From Eledone cirrhosa (lineage: Eukaryota): a DNA stretch of 64,000 nucleotides. Made by a program: the position numbers and the translations under genes. Positions 40,126 through 56,133 of the stretch are shown piece by piece (position 1 is the stretch's first letter; each line of letters begins with the position of its first letter). The notes under the pieces are model-generated. The model had not been told where the DNA came from, did no database searches, and saw only the letters and a list, made by a program, of their open reading frames with translations. The stretch covers positions 179,800,001-179,864,000 of the forward strand of contig OZ024740.1 in assembly GCA_964016885.1 (NCBI GenBank), in the 5' to 3' direction.

Positions 40126-42849
40126 TATATATATATATATATATTTATATATATTATGTGACTCTATTTGAAATGTCTTTCATGAGCAATCTGTATTCTG
40201 AGAAAGATTATAGTTCAAATATAATATGAATGCCAACTAAATACATTTGCCTTGAAAATGCTCATCGCAGAAAAAAATGTGTGTATAATTGGAAATTGAA
40301 AATAAGTGGTAGTGTTGTTATAATAGGTTCACACCCATTATGTTTTCAAGAATGACATTCTTTCAAATATTTACACACCACGGTTGCTTGCAAAGTCCTA
40401 CACGTCGCATTTGATATTTCATAAACGATTAATGTCTCTAACTATTTTACGAGCGGTAATAAATGATTATAACACTATAACTCCTTTAGAGGCCATTCAT
40501 GCGTAGCTCATATCCATGGGTTAGAATTATTGATGGGTTACTCTTAACATTGTTTAGCCCTGGCTTTCTATGATCGAGCATATATGAGACCGAAGTACTT
40601 TTAGTTAAGATTATCTCAGTGTTATTTCAGAAAACATCTATGTCCATGAAAATATCCCAAATCCCCTCCTTGTTTGGGGTTTGTAATATGCTACTGATGC
40701 TTGGATGTTAATTATAGAGGGTTGTGTAATTGGACACGACTCAAAACCACTGTTGAAATGATTACGGACAGATTACGAAAGTTCGCTTGAAATGGTTTCC
40801 CGGGACCCATAATAAGCTGAGTATGGGACGTTTTCTTCTAAATGACGTCTCTTTGATGATAATATCTCTTGCGCCAGTGCGTTTCTGGCTTGATTTGTAC
40901 ACTCAAAACGAATTTAATGCGATTAGCTCTCCGATTTGCATGCGTAATTCCATCTCTTCCTCAATCTGATGAAATAAATGAGATAATACTAGTAGCAATT
41001 AATTTGCCAACAGGAAAGTAGGTACGATGTAGTTTCTCGTTATACAGGTATATCAAGATTATATTTATTATTAAAATGTTGCAGTTGATACAAGTCACGA
41101 ATCATAATCTTTAAAATGAGCTTATTTAAAATATATAATTTGAAAATGATCTTTGAATAAAATTTATATTTTGTTACAATTCATTTCATAAATCTGTTAT
41201 AAAATTGGGATGGAATTTGTTCTGTTAATTTAATTAGAATATATCTATTACTGAAAATCTACATCCTACCGAAATTGCTTAGAAAGATAATCGTCCACTT
41301 CTTTTAAGATGTTATATACTAACTTAGATGAAATATAATGTATTATATTGAACCAGAAATATTTATATTTTGTTCAGAGAACAATGCATAATCTGATTTA
41401 GTTAACTTTAGCCAACACTATATGAAATGTGTATTGTTGCTTCATAAAGTCAAACATCATCTTGAATTCATATTCGCATTAAGTCAACGTATTCAGCATG
41501 TTATTATACGAGAACGATGCCGCAGTATATTAGCTGCTTAATAAAACGGAATAAGTATGTCCAATAATTATGTTGTTTTCTCAATAAGGTGGCAATCATA
41601 GAGATTGTTAATTTCGTAAGCACTACTAACATAAGTAAAAACTGAAGTAAGGTATTACTTCAATTTAATTCATGTTATATTAATAATATTTTGAGAGATG
41701 TTCAGCTCATTGGTCCAAAATAAAAAATGCGCATGTATTTTATTCTATATGAAGTAATGTCTCGATAGATATAAAAGGAATATATCATAATGCCGTACAA
41801 CAGTAAAACTTATGAAATAACATTGTGAGAAAGGAACAGACGCGAATTCAATGTTTCTGACATCGATCTTTGGCAAGGAGAGGAACAAATATCAACGGAA
41901 ATCAATGTTAAAGGAAACATCTGTGATTATTATATCGAAATTAGTATGATGAATGGAGTGAGTGGGTGCAGCAAAATGAATAGAATATCGTGTTTTTCAA
42001 GAAACAACTGAGAAAATAAATAAGATGTGCATAGGAAGGCATAGTCAGGGGATCTCAACATGCGTGATTGTGTATGTGTTTGAAAATAAAGGTAACAATG
42101 TATGTGTTAAATCTATGGTGTCCGTCTGTAGGGGTGTGATGGTTCAGGGTAATAGATTGTGCACAGGGGAGAGTATGGAATTACATAGTCAATTTGAAAG
42201 TGAAATAGAGGAAGTAAAAGTAGTATCCTCATGGAACCCGTTGCCAAACGTTGATTTTAAGAGAGAGAGACAAAACGTCAATTTATAAGTGCTGAAGATT
42301 AAGCACTAAACACAATCGCAATAAGGGATAAGCATAATTCAGAAGAAACAAATAAGTGTAGGTTATATGGGGAAAAAGCTGTCACACATCGTGGGTGCAG
42401 ACCAGAGAATGATTTAGAAAATGAAATGTGCATCTCGTGTGTACCATACACACAGAGTACTTGCAAATACAAAACCAGACAACTTTGGTGGGGAATGCTA
42501 TTGTAAAGAAGGGTATGCTGATCAACGTAGCTTATCCAGAACACCATTACTTCAGTGATAAAGAAAACGAGGAAATAGTATGCAGACCTGAGAATAGTTG
42601 CCGAGAGAATGTGGAATATACCAGTAATATTGACATATCACTCCAGGTGACGAGCTACAGGCCCACCGATATTTCCTGGTTGATTGTTACTCCTGTTACC
42701 GCTAGGTACTCCCTGTGAGTAATGCCGATCATCTGAATTTTTTTTCGACACCACTACGGTGAAAGCATCGGCATACCTGACACAGACCTCCCACATCCTT
42801 GTTCACACGGGATGCCTCTCTAAGCCTCCAATTTGTGTAGCAATGGCTC

Positions 42850-42940
42850 AAGAAGAAGAAGAAGAAGAAGAAGAAGAAGAAGAAGAAGAAGAAGAAGAAG
42901 AAGAAGAAGAAGAAGAAGAAGAAGAAGAAGAAGAAGAAGA
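42850..42940 (+). repeat. (GAA)n microsatellite
   Basis: Pure tract. Confidence 0.98.
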
Positions 42941-45256
42941 AAGTTAAATTGATTACTTGGTTGTTAATATATTTATCGGTTCTAGTAATTTACCATGCAA
43001 AGAAGACATCAGCACGATTTGATATCAAAGCACAAATAATTCGCATTGAACGCTATAATGGCTCTGCCAATTTGCCGCTTTGTTGATACACGGCAATCAC
43101 ACCATTTCCTTCTTAGGAAAAATTTGACATTGTTCACACCTAGAGAGTGACGGACACCACCCGCTTCAATATGCTCACGAGATGGAATTTTGCATGTGAT
43201 TGATGTTCATTTTTGTCGTCGTCTAGAAAATATAAGTGTAACGTCTGACAGGATGCATGCAGCTATATCATATATTTGATATGAAAAGAACTCGATTTCA
43301 ACAGCAGAACATGTGACAAAATATAAATAAAGAATTTGTGAAATTCATTTCTCTAAATAATTTCGATTAAAGGTATTTCGTATAACTGGCTTAATTAGTA
43401 TCTAAATTCCGGGAGTGAACTTTCAAGCAATTAACGAAGCTTCGATATTGAATAAAAAAAAGAGTTCATGCGTTTTCATTTGCAAATATTAGATTAAGTA
43501 AATCTTGTAATACTGTTTCCGTCATTTGAATTTAGCATACTTAAGTCTGTTAAGACATTTTAATTACTTATTTCACTAATTGTAACGTTCTGTGGTAATC
43601 TTTTCCATACATTACAATATGCCAAATGCACTCGATTGTGAGCTTTTCAGCATGGAAAATCAAACTCATTTACTGATGTTCGGAATTAAATATAATTTAA
43701 CTAATTAATATATTACGATGAAATTGGCTTTTAAATGCAAGTATATTCCTTTGTAAATTGAAGGAAGAGACGTAACAAAATATTAGGATGTCAAATTCTG
43801 TTTCTGAAAATTTTGAGATTAAAGCTGTTGATTGGAAATGATTCAGAAGCATCCTGTTATTATGCAGAATATTTATATGATGTCAAATATATGGCAAAGA
43901 TAATTATGGCTGAGGCATACCATCTGTAAACATTTAGAGCCTCATTGAACGATATGTTATAATACTGCAAACATACAATACAATTGTAATATTGCTTGTT
44001 ATAACAGTGTTATGATGGATCCCAATTCTTAACCCTGTGCAAATTGATGGAACGATTGATTGGACAAATCATTAAAATCGAAAAAGACAGCATAAATCTG
44101 TATCTGATTTTAAAGGTGAAATTTAAATGTTGTTTATAACTGTGACGAGATTTGAAAGAATATACAGACAATTGAGTCTTTACCTGTCCATTTTAATATA
44201 GTATTTTGTAATGCTTGCTTTCTAACATAAGCATCGTGTGATTTGAGTTAATTCTCGCAGATGTAGCGATCTAGCAGATGTTCATATTACTAAAAGTCAT
44301 TTCAGTCGTGACAACACTGTTTTATTATAGATGTAATTATATTGATAAATACATTCTCTTCTAGGGTGATAGTTTGGGATGTGGCTCCTAATTTCTTCAG
44401 CAGCGTGAGATTTCCATGTCTCCACTTGCCTTTCTCGTCCACTGTTTTATAGGCTTTGGGTAAAAACATCAAAGTAACTATTGAACTAAAAGGCTAAATA
44501 CGTCATTTCGCAAGCAAGAATGTTGCAATTAGTGGCGACATGACGGATAACATGCTTGTGGAAGCTAATGAAGTATATATATATAGATAGATGCACAAAT
44601 AATATGGTATAACGAGATTGTCATAAACATAAGGTGATTTGGATGAGTATGCACTTTCCGTTAATTGCTTTCCTTATCTGTTTTCATATGAAAAACGATT
44701 TTACAAACAACAACACTCAATTACATTTGATACCAGTAACAGCTTTTTCATTTTATGAATTCTCGGTTCCTTCTGTTATATTGACCATTATAATACCATG
44801 GATTTGTTAAACGTTTAGAAATCAGATTTACTGTTAATATGGTGAACGTGTTGAATAATAAAATGTTTATCCTCACAGTTAAACATAGAGGTAACTACTA
44901 TTTGTTTGATAGATATGCTAGAAATCGTGGTACATACATTTTAAATATAGAGTATATTAAAAAAGTGGGACATAATAGAGTTTTACATAAAGAGAATTAG
45001 ACGGTAAATAAAGCTAATCTAATTTATATGTATTTGATTACTCCTCTTAATATTATATAGATCTGATGTGGTTCGTCTTTTCTGTGCTACATAAAATTAA
45101 ATACACTAGAGAAGTACGAGTAGATGTTAACGGCATTTGACCTGTGAACAAATGTGATCTTGTGACAGATTATTTTTAAGGTTATTGATAATGATTTCCA
45201 TTTTGGTCCATTATATGATTTGGCGTTTGATTCAAACCATTATTAATTTAAAGAAT

Positions 45257-45446
45257 GGCGGTGGATTGGCAGTATCGGTAGAGGGTCGGACGCCATGCTT
45301 TCCAGCATAGTTACGTCCCTTTACGATCTGAGTTCAAATCCCGCCGAGGTTGACTTTGCCTTTCATCCTTACGGGGTCGATAATATAAAGTACCAGTAAT
45401 GCACTGGGTAATTGCTGGCCTTGTGCCTAAAGTAGAAACAATTATT
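45257..45446 (+). mobile_element. SINE S1, intact, with perfect 17-bp TSD
   Basis: A box tggcagtatcgg, B box gttcaaatccc; TSD attattaatttaaagaa at 45239-45255 and 45441-45457. Confidence 0.93.
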
Positions 45447-47290
45447 AATTTAAAGAAGGAAGTATACTGGCAAAATATTTAAAGCAAAGGATCCAACAAT
45501 TTATATGAGTATTATACAGAAGCAAAGGATCTGCTGCGAATAAATATTAAAAACGAAACATCCATATAAACGTAGCTCTTAGTGATCAAACTGATGCAGG
45601 CATACAATCATTAATATTCATAATGTATTCATGCACGCTATGGCTTTTCAAGTTATCACTTGGCTTGATTTAGATTTCATTCAAATACCTCACGAATCAC
45701 CAGCCATTTACTCCCAGCATACGTAAAGCTCCATGATTTTCAAGTTTCAGATTTGAATGCATATATTGTATCAATATTTGATACTTCAGCGTGGTCTACA
45801 TCCTAGTTATCATGACATCACGAAAAAAATAAAACAATAAACAATTGAAAATATCATCCTTATTACACTAATTTTCATTTGTCAATTAAATTAATCTCTT
45901 TTCTCACTCAATACAAATGTTTATTAAATATCGAAGCATTTAATTTTGAATATTCATATTCATAGAACCCGTATCACCGAAGATTCATTATGACTATATG
46001 ATAAATAATACAATAAAAGGAGACTGAACGAAGGCTTCAAAGGAAAATTAATTGTTAATGCCGTTGAGGACGATGGTTTCTTGATTAAAAACATGTATAT
46101 TTTTTCAAATTCTAAACGTCATCTTGAATCGTTTTTGCTTATCGCCAAAAATTGTCACATTAAACAAATTTGAATGCAAAAAACGATTATATTTTAAAAC
46201 ATGATTTTAATCACTGATAGCTTAGCATTCTGCTCTCTCACATCCATCGAATCAAATCCTTTTTCTGAAAAGTCTAGATGCGAATATACAACATTACTTT
46301 TACTCACATCCTAGAAGAAACCCAATTTATTATGTTTCCTTGAATATGAACATAACGATGAAATTACAATCAAAATAGTTATGGAAAATAATATTAATAG
46401 AAGTAACATATGTGTTATCAATGTTATGAATGTAAGTTCCGTGGAAAACAATATTTAATCTTGTAAAAAAAGTGCATAAACTAAATACACAGTTAAAATT
46501 CAATTATATGTCGCTAACATTTCGTTTTCAGTCGTAATAATCAATATCTTATTCACGAAGAAAACATTTGAGTTCGAGTAAAATTATACATCGGTTTGTA
46601 GAAACGAATAGCATGAATATTAAATCCAATGGAACTACTTTTAGATTATTGCTGAGTTATGCTTCTAATAATGATAGTGTTAATTTTTTAGAATACCAGA
46701 TATTGTTAACGCATTATTTATAATTGACATCTTGTTAATTATCGAGATATATCCTCCCGAAAAAAATATTTATTTCTGTACAGTTTACATGGCAGGACAA
46801 TATAGGATCTGCCAACACAATTTCCAGTTCCTCATCTCAAACTGTTTGATAAAAGTAAATAGCAGTCTAGAAAATTGGCGGTATTTTAAAAATCAGTTGT
46901 AAGATTTCCAGTGTTTTCCTCCCTATTGTGTGGGCTACTTGTCTGTATCTATGAATGAAATAAAAGATGGAAAGTAGCAGAGACGGTTTTTTTCCCTCTC
47001 ACATTCAAATCTTCAAATTATATTTGTCAACGTAATCCCATGAATAAAAAGTTCATATATTTGGGAAAGGAACATAATATATCGATACATATTTGTTGAA
47101 TGTCTACATTACGAGACTGTAACGACTTTATTATATAATAATTTAGAAACATTCAGGTTTTTATTGAATAATTAATATAATACATTCGAATTTAACTAAG
47201 CGTTGGGAACATAGGAACTTTATATCTCATATTTTGATATTCTGAATTAATCGGCACTACCCCATTTTGATCACACACGTATACATCGGG

Positions 47291-47406
<116 letters not shown>

Positions 47407-47428
47407 GCGCATACACACACACACACAC

Positions 47429-47496
<68 letters not shown>

Positions 47497-47675
47497 CGTA
47501 TTAGAAAAACCAGGCAAGAAGTGAGGAGAGATTTGAAGAAAGATTTATTACATTATATTACCTAACACGTTTGTTTAGACATTCAAATTCGAATTAATCA
47601 ACATAAAGGGAAACTGCTTTATCTTCTCATATATGTATGTAGACACACACACGCACACACACACACAAACGCACA

Positions 47676-47740
<65 letters not shown>

Positions 47741-47742
47741 CC

Positions 47743-47800
<58 letters not shown>

Positions 47801-48137
47801 CAAAAAATAGCATGTCGGTGAATTTAATGGTTTCAACTTTGGTGACCCAAATACTTTCGGTAATGTCGCAAGAGCTTTGCCCACTGTCGACCATGACATT
47901 TAAAAATAGACACACTCTACTTCATAACATATATTATTATTTCATTGATCTCTCTAAAAATAGGCACAGGCAGCCATAACTCCCCGCACTGACACTCACA
48001 CTTAAACATCACCACCTACCCACACCGACAAACACATACACATGCAAACTTAGACTAGATCTGAAAAGGACAAGTAAAACAACTCAAGATAGGCGTGAGC
48101 CAGTTAAGGTCGATGAACGAAGTGTATAAATACATAT

Positions 48138-48452
48138 AGTGTTCCCCTGGCAGTCGCGGCCCCGATAAATCCCTGGTAAATTCGTGAATTTTCCTTAGAG
48201 CCTAACTAATATTTGTTCGTGGAAACCACCACATATTCGCCGAATCATGAATATCTTCCGCGATTTTTTATGGCTTTTTTGTGGCAATATATAATTTTTC
48301 ACGCCATTTAATTATTAATAATTATATATCGTATTTGCCGGTCTATATTTTGACGTTTATAGACATTTATATGGACGACGCCCAATATTCGCGGTTTTTC
48401 ACTCTGCACGGTGAATTAGAAACGTAAACCCCGCGAATAGCGGGGGACATCG
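48138..48452. mobile_element. Decayed pogo/Tc1-like MITE
   Basis: Imperfect TIRs gtgttcccctggcagtcgcgg / ccgcgaatagcgggggacat; CpG-richer interior. Confidence 0.45.
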
Positions 48453-50092
48453 GATCATCATCTACTTTAAGCGAGTATGTATGAAATATTTCAACTTTTC
48501 GCTTAAATCCTCTTATCCTTTAAAAAATACGTATTATGAAGGGAATTATGTTTTGTTTTGTTTTTTTCAAATTGTTGTTTTTTTCCGTCTAATCCTTTTT
48601 TCTATTTCAATGCTAATATAACCTTAATGCCACACTATATTAAAAATTTCTGCACATAATTTCCCTGTGAGTGCAGTTCCTTAAGTCACATATAAAGTTG
48701 AAATGAATTCTAATAGATATTCACAAGTATATTTATTCAAGTTAATAGAATATCAAAAGTCATTTCCTATATTTTTTATTGTAAAGTGTGACTAGATTTC
48801 AAAACATGTGTACACATGTATATATCTTGCCGAATTGTTTTATCGTTTTCTACATTTTAGTTTCATATATCAAAAATGAATAATTATACTGAAAGTCGAA
48901 CACAGAATATAAATTAAGAACTGATTTATATGTGGGCGTATATACTAAGAAAATGAAAGGCATTATTTGTATTACCGTAAGCAATGCACATCACCCATGT
49001 GAATGGTTTCGTATCAAATCAAGTAGTTGCAATTCAGTTGTTTTGGACGTTGTAGTAATTCATGACGATGATGGTGATGTTGGTGTATTTGGTGGTCATG
49101 GTGATCGAAATGGGAGTTGGGTTGAGCACTCTGCTAATGTTTTTTTCTTTCTTGTTATTTGTGTTGTTGCTGATATTGTTGCTTCATATTAACCTATCTC
49201 GAGTAAACATTATCTAAAATATTCTCATTGCGTGAATCCTGTGTTGTGTGTTTATGTGTATATATGGGACTGCATTAGTACATAATATATTATTTTTTTT
49301 AATTATATTTCGGTACGATTTGAGGAGGAATTGTTGGCTAATATTAACTATATCAGTTATCTGAACCAAACTTATCCTTTGTTGAGTAAATCACCCATGC
49401 TGCTTTTGTACGCATCTTTTGATTGTATTACGCCTAGTAATATATCTGCTCTAGCAAACTGACCTTCTCTACATACACTACCTGCAGATGCAGAAGTAGT
49501 AGACATTGGTGTCTTAATACAACATTGGTTTAAGTGTCAAGCAATATACATAGAGTCTATCTTACATATGAAAGTATGCACGACGTATTATCATTTAACA
49601 CATTGGGTTGGACACACTTATATAAATGTTATTTTAACCAAGCAGATTGTTCTCTACAAAGCAATTAATATATGATAATTGTCTAAGCCTGCGCCATAGA
49701 GATGCTCTGAAGTCTGGGAAGCAAATACCATTTTGAATGTATATACTAATTAAGGGTATGATATAACATTATAAAGTACAATTTATAATGGTATTTTTGT
49801 GTTTCTTATACCATATTACGTAATGCTTTGGAAATCTGATTAAACTAAACATTGACATTATACATGTACATGCATAAATAGATATATAGAACTGCATATA
49901 TCGATAAACAGTGATCTTCTAATTCGGACATTGTTGAATTACTGAGAGACACATTAAGTTAGACACATGTCTACTTTCGGTAAATAAATCGAAAAGATTG
50001 AAATGAATTAGAATACAAAAAAAATAATATAGAAATATTTTATTATGTTTAATATTAGACTCGCTTTATCGTATCAATAATCGACGCCGTCG

Positions 50093-50141
<49 letters not shown>

Positions 50142-50560
50142 GAGAGAATAAGAGAGAGGGAGAGAGAGGGAAAGAGAGAGAGAGCGTGGGGAGATAATCC
50201 AGTTAATATATTGGCGCCATATATCTTTGTACTGTTGGGCTTGCTCAATCTATGCCGACGAAAAAAATATATGTACACGAATCTCTGGGTACTTTTTTGT
50301 GCAACGTGTGTTACAAACAAAAGTGCACTACGATGTCTTTGTTAATTGAGTTATATGGTTCGATGGTAATGTTAAATTTGCCTTTCGATACTAGTCTAAC
50401 GGCTAGAAAATGTAGGCGACCCCAGCCCAGTTACTGGAGCATAAAAATAGAAATAAGAGAAGAATGCCCGTCATATATGAAGGAAAAACAATGATTTGCT
50501 TATGTTGACTGTAATCTTAATAGATATGGTGTCTCTCATGCATACATGAAATACATATAA

Positions 50561-50731
50561 ATAATTGTTTCTACTTTTGGCACCAGGCCAGCAATTACCC
50601 AATACATTAAGGGTACTTTATTTTATCGACCCCGTAAGGATGAGAGGCAAAGTTAACAGCGGCGGGATTTGAACTCAGACCGTAAAGGGACGTAACTATG
50701 CTGGAAAGCATGGCGTCCGACACTCTACCGT
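50561..50731 (-). mobile_element. SINE S1, 5'-clipped
   Basis: Matches 45257-45446. Confidence 0.9.
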
Positions 50732-52156
50732 TAATAAATATAAATAATATTGATACAAAGATGTTGTTTATAAAAAGCAAAATGTTAAATATTTATTGTA
50801 AATATTTAACATATTCATTATGCATGAAATGTTTCGGTATATAAAAGTATTTTTTATATTTTATCTAGAAAGATAGTAAATTTATATTTGAATAAAGAAA
50901 ATAAGCCCCCACCCCCACCCACCCCAAAACAATATAGTTTTTAGTCTTTTTCTGTTTGAGATACTTGTAATAATTATCGGCAAACAATAGATAAATCCTG
51001 AAATCGATATTTCACTCTTATACGACTCTTTGCAAAATATCGTACGTATTCCTTCCATACAATAAAAAAATGGCAAAGTTGTGTTTACGCTAAAAGTTGA
51101 TTTTATGTTTTAAACAATGAAAAATATAATTATTCACCTTCAATAATGGGAATTAATACATCCCTTGGAAAATATTAATATATTTGTACATGTATGATAT
51201 ATACTTGCAAGGAGCATTACAGATTTATTACCAATAATAACTAACTCTAAAACTTTATATATTTCCATTTCCTTATTCCTCTGTCTACAACTAATATTAT
51301 TCGAGAAAGTTTAGCCCGTTTAATTTACTCAACACATTTGCTATCACATTTTATATCATTGCTATCAAGATATTTATTATTGAATATCATATTTCCACTG
51401 TCAATAATGCACCTCTGTTTATTGCCATTGATAAAACAATTTCATTGAAATATTCATTTCAGATGTGAATAGGTATTATCAACAGGAAAGAAAAAAAAAT
51501 ATAACGCAGTTTTAAGCAAAATTATTTTTTCTATGAATATATTGTAATTATTGTTATTTATATGATTGCTCTTAACATCATATATATTTAATATATTAAT
51601 ATTAATAATGGTGATATGATTTATTATAATTTCTATTGTTGTTGTTGTTATTATTGTTATTATTAACAATAATAATAACTATTATTAATTATTATTATTA
51701 ATAATTATTATTAATATTATTATTGTTGTGGTTTCTGTTGTTATTGTTGTTATTTTAGTGTTTTTAAAGTTATTTGTTATCACAAAAAAAGACATGACTA
51801 AATATGTAAATGTTATACATGTAATAATCTGGAACATTCGTTACAGAGATGACATGACTGTGAGCCATGGACCGGAAGATTAAATTATTTCTGTAAAAGA
51901 CAGAACAACAAGAGAGTGAAGCAAAGACAGAGAAAAATAAAAGTCAGCAAAAAACCCCACGCACTTTAAGAAACTTCTGCTTAGGAAATTAACTAAAATA
52001 AAGTAAAATGCATTTTTATAGAAAATTGACTAAAAGATTATTACGTTTGAGTAATGAACGTAGTGATGAAACTGTCGTAAAGCCGTATATATACATATAT
52101 ATGTGTGTGTGCGTGTGCGTGTATGTGTGTGTGTGTGTGCATGTGTGTGTGTGTGT

Positions 52157-52225
<69 letters not shown>

Positions 52226-52746
52226 GAAAGAGATGGCAGTTTCAGTGCAAACTATTTAATGTGTTTAAGCATATTCGCATATAGCTACATGTATCTACAT
52301 ATGTATATGGAATGGTGGTAATGTGTGCTCGGTATCGAAGGAGAGTTTATATTTGTATTAATTATGGTGATGTGATCAGCCTTATTAATCTGAAATGAAA
52401 CCTGCGTACTCATTAGACAAAATATCGATGGCCAACTAAAACGAACTACATCGAAAACTCTCCTATCTATATTTTCCCAGGAGATGGCGGAGTGAACAGA
52501 CCTACATTATCGCGAAGAATCTTTTTCGTCGCGTTTCTACCACTGCTCAAATTCCTCTCTCTTTCTATTTCTTCTTTAATATCTCATTCTATATTCTGAT
52601 GAATGCCTATCAAATAAAGTCTAAAAATGTTCCTACTAAATTAAGTGTCAAGCTAATATATAGTGGACTGTTGAAGTGAAGAGACGTGTTTTTATTTCTC
52701 TCTAGCTTTAAAGCCTAACTGACCGTACATATATATTTATATAATT

Positions 52747-52963
52747 TTAATTGCTGTACAGAAATAGTATAGTATAATATATGCCACTCCACTGTATATC
52801 AATATATATATATATATGTATCTGTATGTCTCTTGCGTTGGAAAGGAGGTCAATTACGTGTACAAACATTGAAAAATGCTCCGAAGACTCCAAGCCTAGG
52901 TTTGGATGAAACAATTGTAAGTGAATAAATGCTTTGAACATAGCTTTGATTCTTGTGAATTCT
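52747..52963 (+). mobile_element. Solo pLTR fragment of the PLE1 family, including the HHR
   Basis: Near-identical to 7975-8189. Confidence 0.9.
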
Positions 52964-54939
52964 TTATATATTTATATATAGTTGTAACCATGTGCTTTTC
53001 CTACAAACTCGTAAGTACGTTTTCTTAACTACAGATAATTATATACACTCGTTTTTCTCTTAGTATATTCGAACCAAATAACCAAAAAACTTTTAATATC
53101 CTCAAACAACCAAATAACCAAATCTTATATATATATATATATTTTAACCCGTTAGTTCTTTCGTTGCTCTCGTATTATGTGTTAGGTTTTGCCTACCACA
53201 ATGTTCAATTTGTCAAGCTATTTAAACGTATGTTGTTATTCTAAGGACCTACCCTTATCGAGTGCTTTGTTAACCCATTCATATTGTAGGTCGACTTTGC
53301 TTGCCCACAGCCAGAACTTCGATTTTGCTAAGCCCCCACATGTATATATATATACATATATATACACGCTTCTTTAATTTCTTCAAATAACCAAAGGCTC
53401 ACTCACTTATCAAATATCAAATATCAAATATCTAAAACCACTCACAGGGAAAAAATATATGACTACTGACCAGCAAGCCTACAACAGACGAAATTAATCT
53501 GATAATGAAATTGACCTCTTAATAAACACATGGTTTTCTCTGTCCCAAACAATAAACATTAACGCTTCGTGTCTGAATGAAATTGCAGAAAAAACGCTCA
53601 AACCTTCACCACGTGGTCTGCTAAGCAGATACACAAGAAACTAAAACAAGTCGAAGTCTGTTTCAAACTAATTCAAAACCATTTTGAAAAACGTCGACAA
53701 ATTTACTACAATGGTCAAACACAACGACAGCAACAACAACAACAACTACAGCCACAACAACAGCCAGAAAATAAGGAGCCACCACTACTGAATTCAAGCA
53801 TAATAGCTGAGTTACTGAACGACAGTATCCCTCCAGCACTTTCTCAACCACCATTATCGCCATCATCATCACCACCGTCATAATCGTCTGCCACATCAAC
53901 TGCTAGTAATAGACCGTCATCATGATCATCATCATCATCATCACCACCACTGCCGCTATCGTATTCTACCATGTCAACTACTATCAATGAAAAACCACTG
54001 CTCTCTTCACCCACTTCACCACCACAGTCATGCTGTAGTCAAAAGAACTTAAAAATACATCTATGGAGCTGTATGCCCTCCCCTCCCCCACTACACAAAC
54101 TTGAAAGCCCACAATAGGCCGCTACTCACTACGTCAGAGGCTATGCACACGTAGCGACTGCATATGTATCCATTTATCTGGTACTAGACACACAAACACT
54201 GCCAGCCCACACCAAAGCACGCTGCCCACACGCATAAGTCGGAGTCCCAAAACTGCCGACATTTCCAACGTGAGAGACTATGTTTGCTGACTGACTGTCC
54301 CTTCACTAATCTTCCTGGGACACAACGCACGAACACAAATGGGGCTCGATGCCAACACACAAACCGCAATAAAGTCACCCTCTGCTGCAGTAATGCTGCC
54401 CCAGTAGTCTTACAAAGACACGATTACAACAGCAAAAACAACAACAACAAACGTAATGCTGCTCCAGTCTGTTCACAAAGACGCGATTAAAACAACAACA
54501 AATACAACAACAAAAAAACAGCAACAAAAGTAATATTGCTCCAGTCTTTTCACAAAGACACGATTACAACAACAACACATACAACAACAAAAGTAATGCT
54601 TCTCCAGTCTTTTCACACATACCACGATTACAACAAATACAACAACAACAACTACAACAACAACAACAAAAGAGGGAACTGCAACCCTATCCAATGGTGT
54701 AACCACAAATCCAATCAAAAACTGATCATTGAACAAGAACATTTTTCTTTCTTAGACATGAACCTGGCAAACGAGATACAGAAAAATATTTAGCCATCAC
54801 CCAACACCATCCTTGCTGTCACTAACACACTATCTCAAAACAAGCCCTCTGCAACAGTCAAAACCAGCCACCACACTAGCCCCACATTTTTTCTCAATAT
54901 ACAATGTATCAGCCTATCCATCAATGCACAGAAATGGAA

Positions 54940-55530
54940 GATCCAATTCATTGAGGATTGGGTTGGTAACCATCCATTTCACATCCGCTTCTTCATCCTT
55001 ACTGAGACCCACCTTTACAACTCCCACTTGGAGGCCGAAGTAAGAGTGAGGGATTTCACAACCATCCGCACGGATCGTGTTGGCAAAAGGAAGGGTGGAA
55101 GTGCCATTTTCCTGCATGATTCCTTTTCAGCAGATGGTAATACAACATTCTCCAATGGCTACTGTGAATCAGTAACTGTGCACAACAAAGCCAAAGACCT
55201 GATATTAGTTGGGCTGTATAAGCCACACCAAACACCCATAATATGCTCCAAAGAGTGCCATTCTAGCAACATACATTTGATGGGAGACTTTAATATGCCC
55301 TGTGTCGATTGGTCTACAAGCAGTTCGAAACCAGACACTCCAACTTCAACCACTGAGAAAGAAGCAGTCGAGTCCCTTCTCGACTTCATGAGTGAGCATT
55401 CCTGTCCCAACTTGTCCTTGCACCAACAATACATCAGAAGAACATTCTGGAGCTAGTGTTTAGTAACCACACTAACACTATACATAATATTACAGTGGAA
55501 AAAACCCTTCTCTCAGATCTTCTTTGTAAC
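54940..55530 (+). pseudogene. LINE APE endonuclease remnant
   Basis: TETHL, RTDRVGKRKGGSAIF, LVGLYKP, LMGDFNMP.VDW. Confidence 0.88.
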
Positions 55531-55947
55531 CTGAGATTCCACCAGCGGAAAGCTAATCCTAGGGACCTCTTTCCAGCGCACCAATTGATAACACGGATCT
55601 CTACAATACCAACTGGGATGCAATTATAAACGAACTATCACACGTTGACTGGTCTTTTACACACGCACACATTTCCACCAACATCAAAACATCTTGGCAG
55701 ATCTTTGTAGACATGTCACAAATATATGTACAAAACACACCCCACCAAAACCTGTGAACAAAGCTAAGTGCAGTATCCCCCAAAAAAGAAAAACAATTAT
55801 CAGAAAAATAAAAAGAACAAACAAAAAAATTAACACACTAAAATACTGCCAAAAAGCAACACGCACATTCGACGGCTATCACCCTGTTTGAATAAAAAAA
55901 AATATAACCTCCAACAATGCATCAAGACCATCATTAATAACTAGAGA

Positions 55948-56133
55948 ACGGTGGATTGGCAGTATCAGTAGAGAGTCGGGCGCCATGCTTTCCAGCATAG
56001 TTACTTCCCTTTACGGTCTGAGTTCAAATCGCGCCGAGGTTAACTTTGCCTTTCATCCTTACGAGGTCGATAAAATAAAGTACCAGTAATGTACTGGATA
56101 ATTGCTGGCCTTGTGCCAAAAGTAGAAACAATT
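55948..56133 (+). mobile_element. SINE S1 inserted in LINE ORF2
   Basis: TSD attaataactag at 55933-55944 and 56131-56142. Confidence 0.92.

Noticed and set aside
41800-42720. Purine-rich stretch with short ORFs
   Set aside because: No domain recognised and frames are interrupted.
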